Assembly (NCBI GenBank): GCA_020848745.1
Contig: JADLHM010000098.1
Span: 207,185-271,184 of the forward strand
DNA: 64,000 nucleotides
Direction of reading: 5' to 3'
DNA from: Deltaproteobacteria bacterium
Lineage (GTDB): Bacteria > Desulfobacterota > Binatia > UTPRO1
Part shown: positions 9,301 through 18,034 of the stretch, one piece after another
Layout of the letters: each line of letters opens with the position of its first letter
Numbering within the stretch: the first letter of the stretch is position 1
The notes under the pieces: model-generated
What the model was told of the DNA's origin: nothing
The model's input: the letters and a program-made list of their open reading frames with translations, nothing else
Database searches by the model: none
Position numbers and translations under genes: made by a program

Positions 9301-12102
9301 GACGGCGACGCGCGTGCCTACCGTGTCGCGCGCCCCGGCCCACTCGTCGGGTGCGATCGCGACCAGGCGGGTCGCCGGCCAGACCGGCATCGTCGACGAC
9401 ACGGTCTGCACCTGGCCGGTCGGGTCGCGGAACTCGAGCTCGGTGCGGAGGCGCACGGGCGTCGTCGCGGGCGCGAGGTCGGTGATCGTCGCGCGGCCCG
9501 TGCCCGCGTCGTCGAGGGTGAGCGCGAGCCGCTGGTGGATCTTCGGGGCGCCGCCGTCGTCCTCGACCGGCTCCTCGTCGCCACGATGGACGACGCCTTC
9601 CTCGACCGGGCCGTTCGCGAGCGTGAAGCCCTCGAGGTCCTCCGGCGTCTCGGGCGTGAGGGGCGAGACCTGGGCGCGCACGACGACCGGGAGCCCGGCG
9701 GCGGCCCCGCCCGCCAGGTACCGCACGGCCAGGTCGACGGGGACGCTCGTCGCGGCGACGAGCGTCCCCGCCGGCGGCTGCAGCACGCCCTTCATCAAGG
9801 GGACGCGGAACTCCTCGACGCGGAAGCTCGCCGCGATCCAGTCGCCGCCGTTGGCGAAGGAGCTGTCGTACTCCTCGCCCTCGCCTTCGCCCGCCTCGCT
9901 CGCGCTGCGCGCCTGCGCCATCGCCGCGCTCAGGAGGTGCACCTCGTAGTAGCCGAGCTTGGCCTCGCGCGGGATCGTCCACGTGCTCTCGCCGACGCCG
10001 CTCGCGTCGAGGGCGAGCGGCTGCTCGAAGTGCTCGTCGCTGCCGACGTGGACGATCGAGAGGGTCGTCGGGAGGTCCGCCGCCGCGGCGGCGCCGAAGC
10101 CGCGCAGGCGCTTGGTGCGGAAGACGTGCTTCAGGTGCACCACCTCGCCGGCCCGGAAGAGGGGGCGGTCGAGGATCGTGTGTGCGGCCACGCCCCCGGC
10201 CTCGTCGACGTCGGGAAGATCGTAGCGCCACGGCTCGATGCCGTCGTCCCAGCTCGAGTGCACGAAGCTCGCGTCGTCGCCGCTCCGCGCGGTCACGAGG
10301 AGGCCGTCGTCGAGCTCGCGGAGCGCCGTCGTCTGCGACCCGTCGAACGGATCGGCGTCGGGGAGCCCGCTCGCGTAGCAGGTCGGGAGCGCGCGCGGCG
10401 CCGGCACGTCGGCGAGGCGCGCCAGGCCGTCGGCGTCGGTCGTGCCTTCCCGCACGAGCCCGCCGCGGCAGTCGCGGAGCGTCACCGCCGCGCCGGCGAC
10501 CGGCTTCGCCGCGTCGAGCGTCGTCACCCACACGACCGACTGCTCGGCGCCCCACTTGAAGTGGACGGAGAGGTTGGTGACGAGCGCGACCGTCGGCACG
10601 TACATCGGCCGCGGCTTCGCGAGGAGCGAGGCGCCGAGCCGGGCGCTCTCGAGCTCGACCACGTAGAGGCCGGGGCGCTCGAACGGGATGCCGACGACCT
10701 CGAACGCGCGCTCGCCGTTCGGCTTCGGGAGGGTGAACGTCTTGACCGCGCCGGGCGCGGGCGCCGGCGCCGCGGGCGGCGGTGCGGAAGCTCCCTTCCG
10801 CGCCGGCGCGGGCTTCGGCGGCGGGCCGAACACGGAGACCTCGCGCTTCGCGGTGCCGACGCGGCGGAGCCACGGCAGGACGTCGACCTCGCGCCCGGGC
10901 GCGATCCGCATGACGCTTCCGGTGACGCCCGGGGCGTACACGCGGGCGCGCGCCTCGGGCTCGAGGTTGCGGAGCGTCACCGGCAGCGTCGCGCCGGCCT
11001 TCGACTCGACGATCCCGAAGCGGGCATTGAACTTCGCGAGCGGCGGCAGCTCTCCGGTCCCGACGGCGAGGGGAAAACGGGCGGCGTTCACCGGCGTGCG
11101 GCCGCTCTCGTCGGCGATGCCCGCGGGCAGCTCGACGCGGAAGGCCGTGTTCTCGGGGAAGGGGCCCGGGAACGCGATGGCGTTCACGAGCGATACGTCC
11201 TCGTCGACCTCGGCGTGCGGGCGTGGTGTGCCGTCGGCCGCGAGGAGCGCGATGCCCTCGGCCGCGAGGCGCGTCACCGGCGCGGAGAACTCGAGCCGCA
11301 TGTCGCCGACCGGGTTGCAGGCGGCGCCGCGCTTCTCGCGCAAGCAGCTGAACGTCACGGTGAACGCGTCGCGCGTCTGGAAGGCGAGGCGCTGCGCGAC
11401 CGTGGTCGCGACGCCGGTCGTGGTCGCGACGCCCGGTCCCCAGACGAGCGCGATCTTCGCGCCGTTCGGGAACGCCTGCGCGGCGCGCACCACGACGTGC
11501 GGCCCGCGGCGGTAGGTCGGCTGGGCCTTCACGATCGCGTCGCGCTCGGCGCCGGTGACGACGCGCGCGGCGATCCGCTCCGGCAGGCCGGCGACCTCGA
11601 AGCCGACGTGGCCCGCGATCGACGCGGGATCGACCTCGGCGTCGAGCGCCAGGATGAACGCCTGGTCTTCCTCGATCGACCGCGAGCCTTCGTACGGCGC
11701 GGCGTCGCGGATCGAGGGGCCGCCGGTGTCGAACCGGAAGACCGTGCCGGACGCGAGCGTCGTGCCGTCGAGCGCCCGCACGCCCGGCACCAGCGTGAAG
11801 CTGCAGCGGAGTCCGGCGAGGAGGTCGGCCGCGAAGTCGTAGGACCAGGTGCGGCTATCGATCCAGCGGCCGGTTCCCGGCGCGGGACACGCGACCGCGA
11901 AGGGCGCGAGCGGCGCACGCGGGTCGCCGAGCGCGACCATCGGCCGCGGGAAGCGGGCGGTCGCCTGGCGCACCTGCTTCACGCTGCCTTGCGGGAAGAA
12001 CGCGATGGCGGGCAAGGCGGCCGGCGTCGGCGAGGCGGCGTGGCCTGAGCCGTGCGCCAACGCCGCGAGCAGCGCGACCGCGACCCACCGGACGGGCGTC
12101 AT
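6304..12102 (-). CDS. Bacterial alpha-2-macroglobulin family protein with intact thioester (CLEQ)
   Basis: ORF 6304..12513 trimmed to internal ATG giving signal peptide MTPVRWVAVALLAALAHGSGHAA; RRYPYRCLEQRVS thioester motif; ~1930 aa; followed by pbpC. Confidence 0.8.
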   Translation of the reverse strand: MTPVRWVAVALLAALAHGSGHAASPTPAALPAIAFFPQGSVKQVRQATARFPRPMVALGDPRAPLAPFAVACPAPGTGRWIDSRTWSYDFAADLLAGLRCSFTLVPGVRALDGTTLASGTVFRFDTGGPSIRDAAPYEGSRSIEEDQAFILALDAEVDPASIAGHVGFEVAGLPERIAARVVTGAERDAIVKAQPTYRRGPHVVVRAAQAFPNGAKIALVWGPGVATTTGVATTVAQRLAFQTRDAFTVTFSCLREKRGAACNPVGDMRLEFSAPVTRLAAEGIALLAADGTPRPHAEVDEDVSLVNAIAFPGPFPENTAFRVELPAGIADESGRTPVNAARFPLAVGTGELPPLAKFNARFGIVESKAGATLPVTLRNLEPEARARVYAPGVTGSVMRIAPGREVDVLPWLRRVGTAKREVSVFGPPPKPAPARKGASAPPPAAPAPAPGAVKTFTLPKPNGERAFEVVGIPFERPGLYVVELESARLGASLLAKPRPMYVPTVALVTNLSVHFKWGAEQSVVWVTTLDAAKPVAGAAVTLRDCRGGLVREGTTDADGLARLADVPAPRALPTCYASGLPDADPFDGSQTTALRELDDGLLVTARSGDDASFVHSSWDDGIEPWRYDLPDVDEAGGVAAHTILDRPLFRAGEVVHLKHVFRTKRLRGFGAAAAADLPTTLSIVHVGSDEHFEQPLALDASGVGESTWTIPREAKLGYYEVHLLSAAMAQARSASEAGEGEGEEYDSSFANGGDWIAASFRVEEFRVPLMKGVLQPPAGTLVAATSVPVDLAVRYLAGGAAAGLPVVVRAQVSPLTPETPEDLEGFTLANGPVEEGVVHRGDEEPVEDDGGAPKIHQRLALTLDDAGTGRATITDLAPATTPVRLRTELEFRDPTGQVQTVSSTMPVWPATRLVAIAPDEWAGARDTVGTRVAVVDPRGAPVAGAPVRVDAFSRKLFSHRTRVVGGFYAYDSVRETKRLGTVCRGTTDAHGLLHCEGPAGVTGNVVLEASTTDESGRRSAAHHDVWVAGKEGRWWFGGSDSDRMDVLPERRRYEPGETARLQVRMPFRAATALVTIEREGVADARVVALAGTDPVIEVPIRPEWAPNVFVSVLALRGRADDVQPTALVDLGRPTFKLGIAELAVGWKAHELKVRVAADHPVHRVRETAQVKIAVRAADGTALAPGSEVALAAVDAGLLELAPNESWKLLDAMMGRRSYGVTTATAQMQVVGKRHYGLKALPAGGGGGRSATRELFDTLLLWKARVPLDARGRATVDVPLNDSLTSFRIVAVAASGLDRFGTGGTSIRATQDVMILPGLAPLVREGDRFRAAFTVRNTTSHAADLTVAGTVEAGGSRADRAVPSLAPQTVRLPADASAIVGWDMTAPADVTQLTYTVTATAAGAPADEVRVAQQVRPAVPVRTLQAALLQLDADGARQPVARPADALPERGEVRVALAPSLAAGLDGVRDAMRRYPYRCLEQRVSRAIALHDDALWHEIATALPSYADAHGLLKYFPTSAEGSEVLTAYVLSLATAAGRELPGRVRADMEEGLRRFVSGALATTPPLATADLALRKITALEALSRVGAVEPALMSTITVEPGLWPTSALIDWWSLMHRIAKKPDPAHVADVEHELRARLRVTGTSLTFSTEDGDRLFWLMSDADVNAVRLVLTLLEHGAWREDLPRLARGALGRQRRGAWSTTVANAWGTLAVEKFAAAFETTPVAGTTRATLADTERALDWAAAPAGAILALSWPSGGEGELALAHAGGGRPWATIQARAAVPLTQPIAAGYRITKTVTPVESAARPPGGTSRDDVLRVRLEIDAERDMTWVVVDDPIPAGATHLGTGLGGDSAVLASGEQENPGARPVFVERAFDGFRAYYDFVPKGRFTVEYTMRLSQAGRFALPPTRVEALYAPDVFGEIPNAPIEVAP

Positions 12103-12167
12103 GGCGGCGACATCTTGCACATCGCCTCCGCTCGCGCACGCGGGGTGCTGCGGGACGGGCGCGCGTG

Positions 12168-14300
12168 CTACGGATGCGCCGCCGCGTGGCCCTGGATGGT
12201 CAGGCGGCCCGGACCCGGCAGGCCGACCACGTTGTTGACCGCGGCCGAGCTGGTCGGTCCGACGCAGAAGACCGAGGCGATGGTCGGGGCCGACGCGTCG
12301 CGGACCGGCAGGTCTGCCATGCCGGCGGCGACGAGCGTGTCGGTGCCTTCGTAACCCGAGCCCTGGAAGGTGCCGCCGCCGGTAAGGAAGCAGCGCCGCA
12401 CGGCCGACTCGCAGCTCCCGGCTCCGCCGCCGCAGTCGGCGTCCATCAAGCAAACACGCTGCGCGTGCCCCGACCCGAGCGAGCAGGTCTGATCGATCGG
12501 GCCTTCGGCGCACTTGCCTTGGCCGTCGCCGTTCTCGTCGAGGCAGGTCGCCATACCGTCCGGCGTGTAGTCCTCGATGCAGGAGCTCGGCTTGGTCGGC
12601 TCACCGAGCCGTGAACAGATGCTGGCGGGACAGGCGCTGTTGCCGGCGCACGGCGCGCCGTCGTTGGGGCCCCCGAGACAGCGGCGCCCGCCGCAGACGC
12701 CGGGGTTGCCGCCGCTCGGTGGGCAGTCGGTGTTCGCCGCGCACGGCTCGGCGCCGGCGTTGTTGCAGGTGTCGCAGAGGCACCTGCCGCCGAGTGCGCC
12801 CGAGCAGTTCGGGCTGTCCACCGTGAGCGTCTTCACGACCGTGTCGGTCGCGTTGCTGAGGTCGATCGGGAGGGTGGTGAGGAGCGCGCCGGGGATGGGC
12901 GGGCAGTCGAGGCTCGTGCGCCCGAAGTCGGGACGGCCGGGCACGGTGCCGTTGGCGTCGCACGGCAAGCCGACCCGGGCGCCGCCGTCGCAGGTGCCGC
13001 CGCGCGCGCCGTCGTTGATGCCGCCCGCGTCGGTGCAGCGCGGACAGGGATGGTCGATCGCGATGCCGGCGTAGACGCGCGACGTGAGGAGTGCGGTCGT
13101 GCTGGCCTCGCCGCTCTCGACGTTCACCGTACCGGTTACGGCGCCGGCGAACTGGTGCAGCACGCAGGTTGCGACGCCGCCCGCGGCGAGCGGCTGCGCG
13201 GAGCCGAAGTAGAAGTCGCAGGTGCCCGCCACCGGACACGCGCCCCCGGGACACGCCGAGTCGCCGGCGCACGCGGCGCCGTCGTTGGTCCCGCCGAGGC
13301 AGGTGCGGGCGGCGCAGACGGCGTCCGCCGCGCACGGCTTCGAGGCATCGGTCGTGCAGCGCCGGTTGTCGAGCTGGCCGCTCCCCGCCTGCGGGTTCGG
13401 CACCGGCCCCGAGACGGGGCAGACGCCGCAGGGGCGGCTCGTCGCGGTGCAGGCGAGCTGCATCGTCACGTCGCCGTTGCCGACGACCGGCGCGCGGTGC
13501 GCGATGCCGGTCCAGCCGCGGTCGAGGATCGTCCCCGGCGCGGTCGGGTCGGGCGAGAACACCACCGTCGTCGGGCAGGCGCAGTTGCAGGCGACGCAGC
13601 CGAAATCGGCGCCGCACTGATTCCACAGCGCCGCGGACGCCGACGCGTCGCACGCTTCGCCGGGATCGCTGAAGCCGTTGCCGCAGGTCGCACATTGCGG
13701 GTTGGAGGGATCGAACGCGCAGGTCTGCGCCTCGGCGAACGCCCCGGCCGCGTTCAGGAGGAACGCCGCCTGACCGGGGTGGGTGCAGTCGGTACGCTCC
13801 TCCGCCTTGGCGATGCCGTCGCCGAGCTTGGTGATCGCCTTGCCGAGGCAGGCGGGATCGACGCTGCCGGTCTTGCCGGAGGCCTTCGCGTAGCAGCCCG
13901 TGACGGCGGCGACGTATTTGCCGACGAGCTTCGTCTTCGCGGCGTCGCATTTTTCGGCGTGGCCGACGGCGCCGTCGACCTCCGCCGCGAAGGCCGCCGC
14001 GTCGCTCGCGCGCGTCGCGCCGGAGCCCTCCACGATGCAGGCGAGCTTCGTCTCGATCTTGTCGAGCGCCGGGTCGATCTTGGACATCGCCTTCCCGAGG
14101 CACGTCGCGGCGGCGGGGAGGTCCGTCGACGCCCCCTTCGCGTAGCAGTCCACGAGGGCGGCCGTGCCCTTGCCCACGATCTTGATCTGGCTCGCGAGGC
14201 ATTTGTCGACCGTCAAGGTCGTGAGGGCGGCGGCCGTGCCGGCATGCCCGAGGCATCCGGCCGCGATGCCGGCGACGACGATCGCGCGGGTGACGTCCAT
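12168..14300 (-). CDS. Secreted/lipoprotein-like cysteine-rich protein (GWTGIAH family, Myxococcus-type Cys-rich repeats)
   Basis: ATG at 14298-14300 with GGAGGAGG RBS; MDVTRAIVVAGIAAGC lipobox-like signal; repeated CxGGxNDGxxCxxxxxC modules; paralog of 49798..50928 (shared RGWTGIAH and GLPGPxRL motifs). Confidence 0.7.
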   Translation of the reverse strand: MDVTRAIVVAGIAAGCLGHAGTAAALTTLTVDKCLASQIKIVGKGTAALVDCYAKGASTDLPAAATCLGKAMSKIDPALDKIETKLACIVEGSGATRASDAAAFAAEVDGAVGHAEKCDAAKTKLVGKYVAAVTGCYAKASGKTGSVDPACLGKAITKLGDGIAKAEERTDCTHPGQAAFLLNAAGAFAEAQTCAFDPSNPQCATCGNGFSDPGEACDASASAALWNQCGADFGCVACNCACPTTVVFSPDPTAPGTILDRGWTGIAHRAPVVGNGDVTMQLACTATSRPCGVCPVSGPVPNPQAGSGQLDNRRCTTDASKPCAADAVCAARTCLGGTNDGAACAGDSACPGGACPVAGTCDFYFGSAQPLAAGGVATCVLHQFAGAVTGTVNVESGEASTTALLTSRVYAGIAIDHPCPRCTDAGGINDGARGGTCDGGARVGLPCDANGTVPGRPDFGRTSLDCPPIPGALLTTLPIDLSNATDTVVKTLTVDSPNCSGALGGRCLCDTCNNAGAEPCAANTDCPPSGGNPGVCGGRRCLGGPNDGAPCAGNSACPASICSRLGEPTKPSSCIEDYTPDGMATCLDENGDGQGKCAEGPIDQTCSLGSGHAQRVCLMDADCGGGAGSCESAVRRCFLTGGGTFQGSGYEGTDTLVAAGMADLPVRDASAPTIASVFCVGPTSSAAVNNVVGLPGPGRLTIQGHAAAHP

Positions 14301-14566
14301 GACCCTCCTCCTCGGCTCTACGCCATACAGCGCCGGATGCGGGTCGCGAGTCAACGGCTTCCTCGCCGCGCCGGTGCACGACGCGTCCCGCCGTCGTGCG
14401 GGGCTGCATGGTGCCAGGGGCGGGCGGATGCCGACGGAAGATCGCGGTCAGGAGGCATGGCATCGCGGTCGCAAGTAGCGGAGCCGCCACGCGATCGCGC
14501 TCCGGTCTCCGCGCGCCGCCGGCGCGCCGCCCGGCGTCGGCGTCGTCCTTGCTGTTCCAGGGCCTC

Positions 14567-14983
14567 GTGCCCGCGAGCGTGCTCGTGATCGCGGATCGGC
14601 TCGACATCGCCGCCTTGATCGGACGTTCGCTCGTCGGCGTCGGGCTCCGCCCGGCGGTGGTGAGCGACCTCCGGCAGGCCGCGCTCGTCATGGCGCGCGA
14701 GACGCCGGCGGCCGTCGTGCTCGACCTCGCCGCTCCCGGGCATTGCGACGCCGTGATGCGGTGGCTCCGGCGCGATCCGAAGCACGCCACGATCGCGGTC
14801 GTGCAGGTGAGCGCGCTGGCGCGCAACGGCGGCGCGCCGCGCGGCGAGATGCGCGCCGATCTCCACGTGCCGAAGCCCTTCACGCCGCGCCAGATCGTCG
14901 ACGGCGTCCGCACGGTGCTCGCGCGGCGCGCCGTACGCGAGCGCATGGGCGCCGGGTCGCTACCGCCGCGCGTCGTCGCCTGA
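14567..14983 (+). CDS. Single-domain response regulator (CheY-like receiver)
   Basis: Receiver-domain pattern in ORF 14396..14983 (VLVIADRLD..., VVLDLAAPG phospho-Asp region, VSAL, VPKPF conserved Lys); proposed GTG start at 14567 (VPASVLVIAD) because upstream 57 codons are Arg/Ser-rich shadow; start uncertain. Confidence 0.5.
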   Translation: MPASVLVIADRLDIAALIGRSLVGVGLRPAVVSDLRQAALVMARETPAAVVLDLAAPGHCDAVMRWLRRDPKHATIAVVQVSALARNGGAPRGEMRADLHVPKPFTPRQIVDGVRTVLARRAVRERMGAGSLPPRVVA

Positions 14984-15025
14984 CGTCGCGCCGCTCCGCG
15001 TCCGGGCCGTCGCGCCGGCGCGAGG

Positions 15026-15403
15026 TCAGCCGCGGACCCGCGCGACGAGGTCGAGCACCTGGTGCGCGTCGATCGGCTTCCGGAGCACGTCGAGCACGCC
15101 CTCCGCGCGCGCCGCCTGGCGGTCGACGTCCTCACCCGAGACGAGCACGACCGGGATGCCGTCGGTGGCGGGGTCGCGTTGCATCCGGCGCCAGAGGTCC
15201 CAGCCGCTCATGCCGGGCATCCGGATGTCGAGGAGCGCGAGACACGGCCGCGGCCCGTGCGCGAGCGTGTCGAGCGCCGCGCCGGCCGACGGCGCGCGAT
15301 CGACCACGATGCCGTGGAGCTCGAGCAGCGTGCCGAGCGCGTCGAGGACGTCGGCGTCGTCGTCGACGAGGAGGACGTGCGAGTGCGTGGAGGAGGAGCT
15401 CAT
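15026..15403 (-). CDS. Single-domain response regulator (CheY-like receiver)
   Basis: HVLLVDDDADVLDAL..., LLDIRMPGMSGWDL, VVLVSGED, LRKP motifs; 125 aa. Confidence 0.75.
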   Translation of the reverse strand: MSSSSTHSHVLLVDDDADVLDALGTLLELHGIVVDRAPSAGAALDTLAHGPRPCLALLDIRMPGMSGWDLWRRMQRDPATDGIPVVLVSGEDVDRQAARAEGVLDVLRKPIDAHQVLDLVARVRG

Positions 15404-15514
15404 CGCAGGCGCTGCCGCAACGCGCTTACCCGGTAGCCCGCGTGCGCAGGCCTTGTCAAAACGAACGGCGGGTCATGTTGACGCGTCCCGCCCGCTTCAG
15501 TACGGCAGCGCTCC

Positions 15515-16921
15515 ATGACGGTCCCCTTGTGGCGGCGCGGCGCCGGCGAGCTCGCCGCGCTGATCCGGTCGAGCGCGGTGTCGAGCCGGGAGGTGGTCGC
15601 GGCGCACCTCGCGCGCGTCGCGGCGGTGAATCCGGTCGTGAACGCGATCACCGAGGTGCGCGCCGACGAGGCGCTCGCAGCCGCCGACGCGGCCGACGCG
15701 GCGGTCGCGCGCGGCGACGCGCTCGGTCCGCTCCACGGCGTGCCCGTCACGGTCAAGGTGAACGTCGACGTCGCGGGGTCGGCGACGACGGCGGGGATGC
15801 CGGTCTTCGCCGAGGACCGGCCGGCCGGGGACGCGCCGCTCGTCGCGCGTCTGCGCTCCGCGGGCGCGATTCCCTTCGCGCGCACCAACATGCCGGACCT
15901 CGGGCTCCGCTGGCACACCGCGAGCTCGCTCCACGGGACGACGCGCAATCCCTGGAGCCCGCGCCGCACGCCGGGCGGCTCGAGCGGCGGCGAGGCGGCG
16001 GCGCTCGCGACCGGCATGAGCCCGCTCGGGATCGGCAACGACATCGGCGGCTCGGTGCGGTGGCCGTCGCAGTGCTGCGGCACGGTCGCGCTCCGTCCGA
16101 CGCTGGGGCGCGTTCCGCACTACGACACGACGGTGCCGATCGAGGTGCCGCTCGCGTTCCGTCTGATGATGACCGACGGTCCGATGGCGCGCACTGTCGC
16201 CGACGTCGCGCTCGCCTTCGAGGTGCTCGCCGGCGCCGATCCGCGCGATCCCTGGTCGGTGACGGCGCCGGCGCCGCGCCCCGCTGCGGGGCCGCTGCGC
16301 GTCGCCGGCACGACCGATCCCGGCGGGCTCGGCTGCGACCCGGCGATCGCCGCCGGCGTCGCCCGCGCGGCCGATATCCTCGCCGCCGCGGGGTGCCCGG
16401 TCGAGACGGTCGAGCCGCCCGCGCTCGGCGAGGCGCACGAGCTCTGGGGAACGCTCCTCTCGGCGGAGACCCGGACGATGGTGCTGCCGTTCGCGCGGAC
16501 GCTTCTCGCGCCCGACGCGCTCACGGTGATCGAGCACCTGATCGCCGGGTTCCCCGAGGTGGACCTCGCGGGCTACATGGAGGGCCTGGCGCGTCGGACG
16601 CGGGTGGCGCGCGAGTGGGCGCTCTTCCTCGACCGTTTCGACGTCGTGCTCGGCCCGGTGGCCTGCGTGCTGCCCTTCGCGCCCGACTCCGATCTCGCCG
16701 CGGATGCGATGGCGGCGATCATGCGCGGCATGCGGCTCGTGACGACGTGCAATCTCCTCGGCCTCCCCGCTGCGGTCGTACCGGTCGGCGTTGCCGAGGG
16801 GCTGCCGCAGGCCGTGCAGCTGATCGCGACGCGCTATCGCGACGACCGCTGCCTCGCGGCGGCGGCGCTCGTCGAGCGCGCGACGGCGCCCATCCTGCCG
16901 ATCGACCCTCTGGGCGCGTGA
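15515..16921 (+). CDS. Amidase (amidase-signature family)
   Basis: GGSSGGEAAALA and GNDIGGSVRWPS amidase signature motifs; 468 aa. Confidence 0.8.
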   Translation: MTVPLWRRGAGELAALIRSSAVSSREVVAAHLARVAAVNPVVNAITEVRADEALAAADAADAAVARGDALGPLHGVPVTVKVNVDVAGSATTAGMPVFAEDRPAGDAPLVARLRSAGAIPFARTNMPDLGLRWHTASSLHGTTRNPWSPRRTPGGSSGGEAAALATGMSPLGIGNDIGGSVRWPSQCCGTVALRPTLGRVPHYDTTVPIEVPLAFRLMMTDGPMARTVADVALAFEVLAGADPRDPWSVTAPAPRPAAGPLRVAGTTDPGGLGCDPAIAAGVARAADILAAAGCPVETVEPPALGEAHELWGTLLSAETRTMVLPFARTLLAPDALTVIEHLIAGFPEVDLAGYMEGLARRTRVAREWALFLDRFDVVLGPVACVLPFAPDSDLAADAMAAIMRGMRLVTTCNLLGLPAAVVPVGVAEGLPQAVQLIATRYRDDRCLAAAALVERATAPILPIDPLGA

Positions 16922-16979
16922 CCGTTCGCGCTCCCGGCGCCGGCGCCGCTCTTCACCGGCCCGCCGCGCCCGCAGCGGA

Positions 16980-17795
16980 CTACATGAAGATGCCGCCGTT
17001 CGGCGAGAGCGCCTGGCCGACGAAGTAGCTGGCGTCATCGGAGGCGAGGAACACGGCGGTCGCGGCGATCTCGGCGGGCGTGCCGAGCCGACCGGCCGGC
17101 GTCTGGGCCACGACCATCTGCCGCATCGCCGGCGTCATGACGTCGAGGAGCGGCGTCTCGACGTAGCCGGGCGCGATCGCGTTCACGCGCACGCCGGCGC
17201 CGATCACCTCGCGCGCGACCGACTTCGTGAAGCCGAGGATGCCCGCCTTGGCGGCGGAGTAGTCGGGCGCCCCCGCGATGCCCGTCAGCCCCGCGATCGA
17301 CGCCATGTTGATGATGCAGCCGCGGCGGTTGACCTCCATGATCTTGAGGGCCTCGCGGGTGCAGTAGAACGTGCCGTCGAGGTGGATCGCGAGGGTGCGG
17401 CGCCAGTGACCGTCCTCCATGGTCTTCGTCGCCTCGAGCGACATGGCGCTCTTGCCGGTCGTCAGCACCTGCTCGAGCATCTTCTCGCTGTTGCGCTTCA
17501 CGTGCTCTTCCATGAAGGCGGTACCGGCGTTGTTCACGAGCACGTCGAGGTTCTGGAAGGCCCCCATGTGGGCGGCGAACATCTTGTGCACGGCGCGGCT
17601 GTCGGCGACGTCGCAGGGGAGGGCGGCCGCCTCGCCGCCGAGCGCCTCGATTTCGCGGACGACCGCCTCGGCGTACTCGGGCCGGATGTCGTTGACGCCG
17701 ACGGCCGCGCCCTCGCGCGCGAAGGCGAGCGCGATCTCCCGGCCGAGCCCGGAGCCGGCACCCGTGACGAGAGCCACTTTGGTCTTGAGCTTCAT
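16980..17795 (-). CDS. SDR family oxidoreductase (3-oxoacyl-ACP reductase-like)
   Basis: Internal ATG 17793-17795 with GGGGG RBS; TGAGSGLGREIA Rossmann motif, NNAG, YSAAK catalytic motif. Confidence 0.8.
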   Translation of the reverse strand: MKLKTKVALVTGAGSGLGREIALAFAREGAAVGVNDIRPEYAEAVVREIEALGGEAAALPCDVADSRAVHKMFAAHMGAFQNLDVLVNNAGTAFMEEHVKRNSEKMLEQVLTTGKSAMSLEATKTMEDGHWRRTLAIHLDGTFYCTREALKIMEVNRRGCIINMASIAGLTGIAGAPDYSAAKAGILGFTKSVAREVIGAGVRVNAIAPGYVETPLLDVMTPAMRQMVVAQTPAGRLGTPAEIAATAVFLASDDASYFVGQALSPNGGIFM

Positions 17796-17944
17796 GGCGC
17801 CCCCTTCATTGCTCTGGAGCGTTCGACGTAGCGCAGCGTCCGGGCGCGTCCAAGCGGTCGGGACGGCGATCACTGCCCCGGGCGCTGTTCAGCCGCGTCG
17901 GGTGCCGACGTGTCTCGAAGCGGCACAGACGGGAGTGCGCGGCG

Positions 17945-18003
17945 CGGCTACACAAAATCGGCTACACAAAATCGTTGACGCCGTCCTTCCGCTTGAATTA
18001 ACG
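17945..18003 (+). promoter_or_regulatory. Tandem 14-bp direct repeat (CGGCTACACAAAAT x2) abutting candidate promoter (TTGACG -35, 17-nt spacer, weak TTAACG -10) upstream of metzincin gene
   Basis: Read directly: 17945-17958 and 17959-17972 identical units, then TTGACG 17975-17980; local low-GC island in otherwise high-GC DNA. Confidence 0.4.
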
Positions 18004-18034
18004 CCATTCGATCTTCTCGAGAGAGGACCATGCA

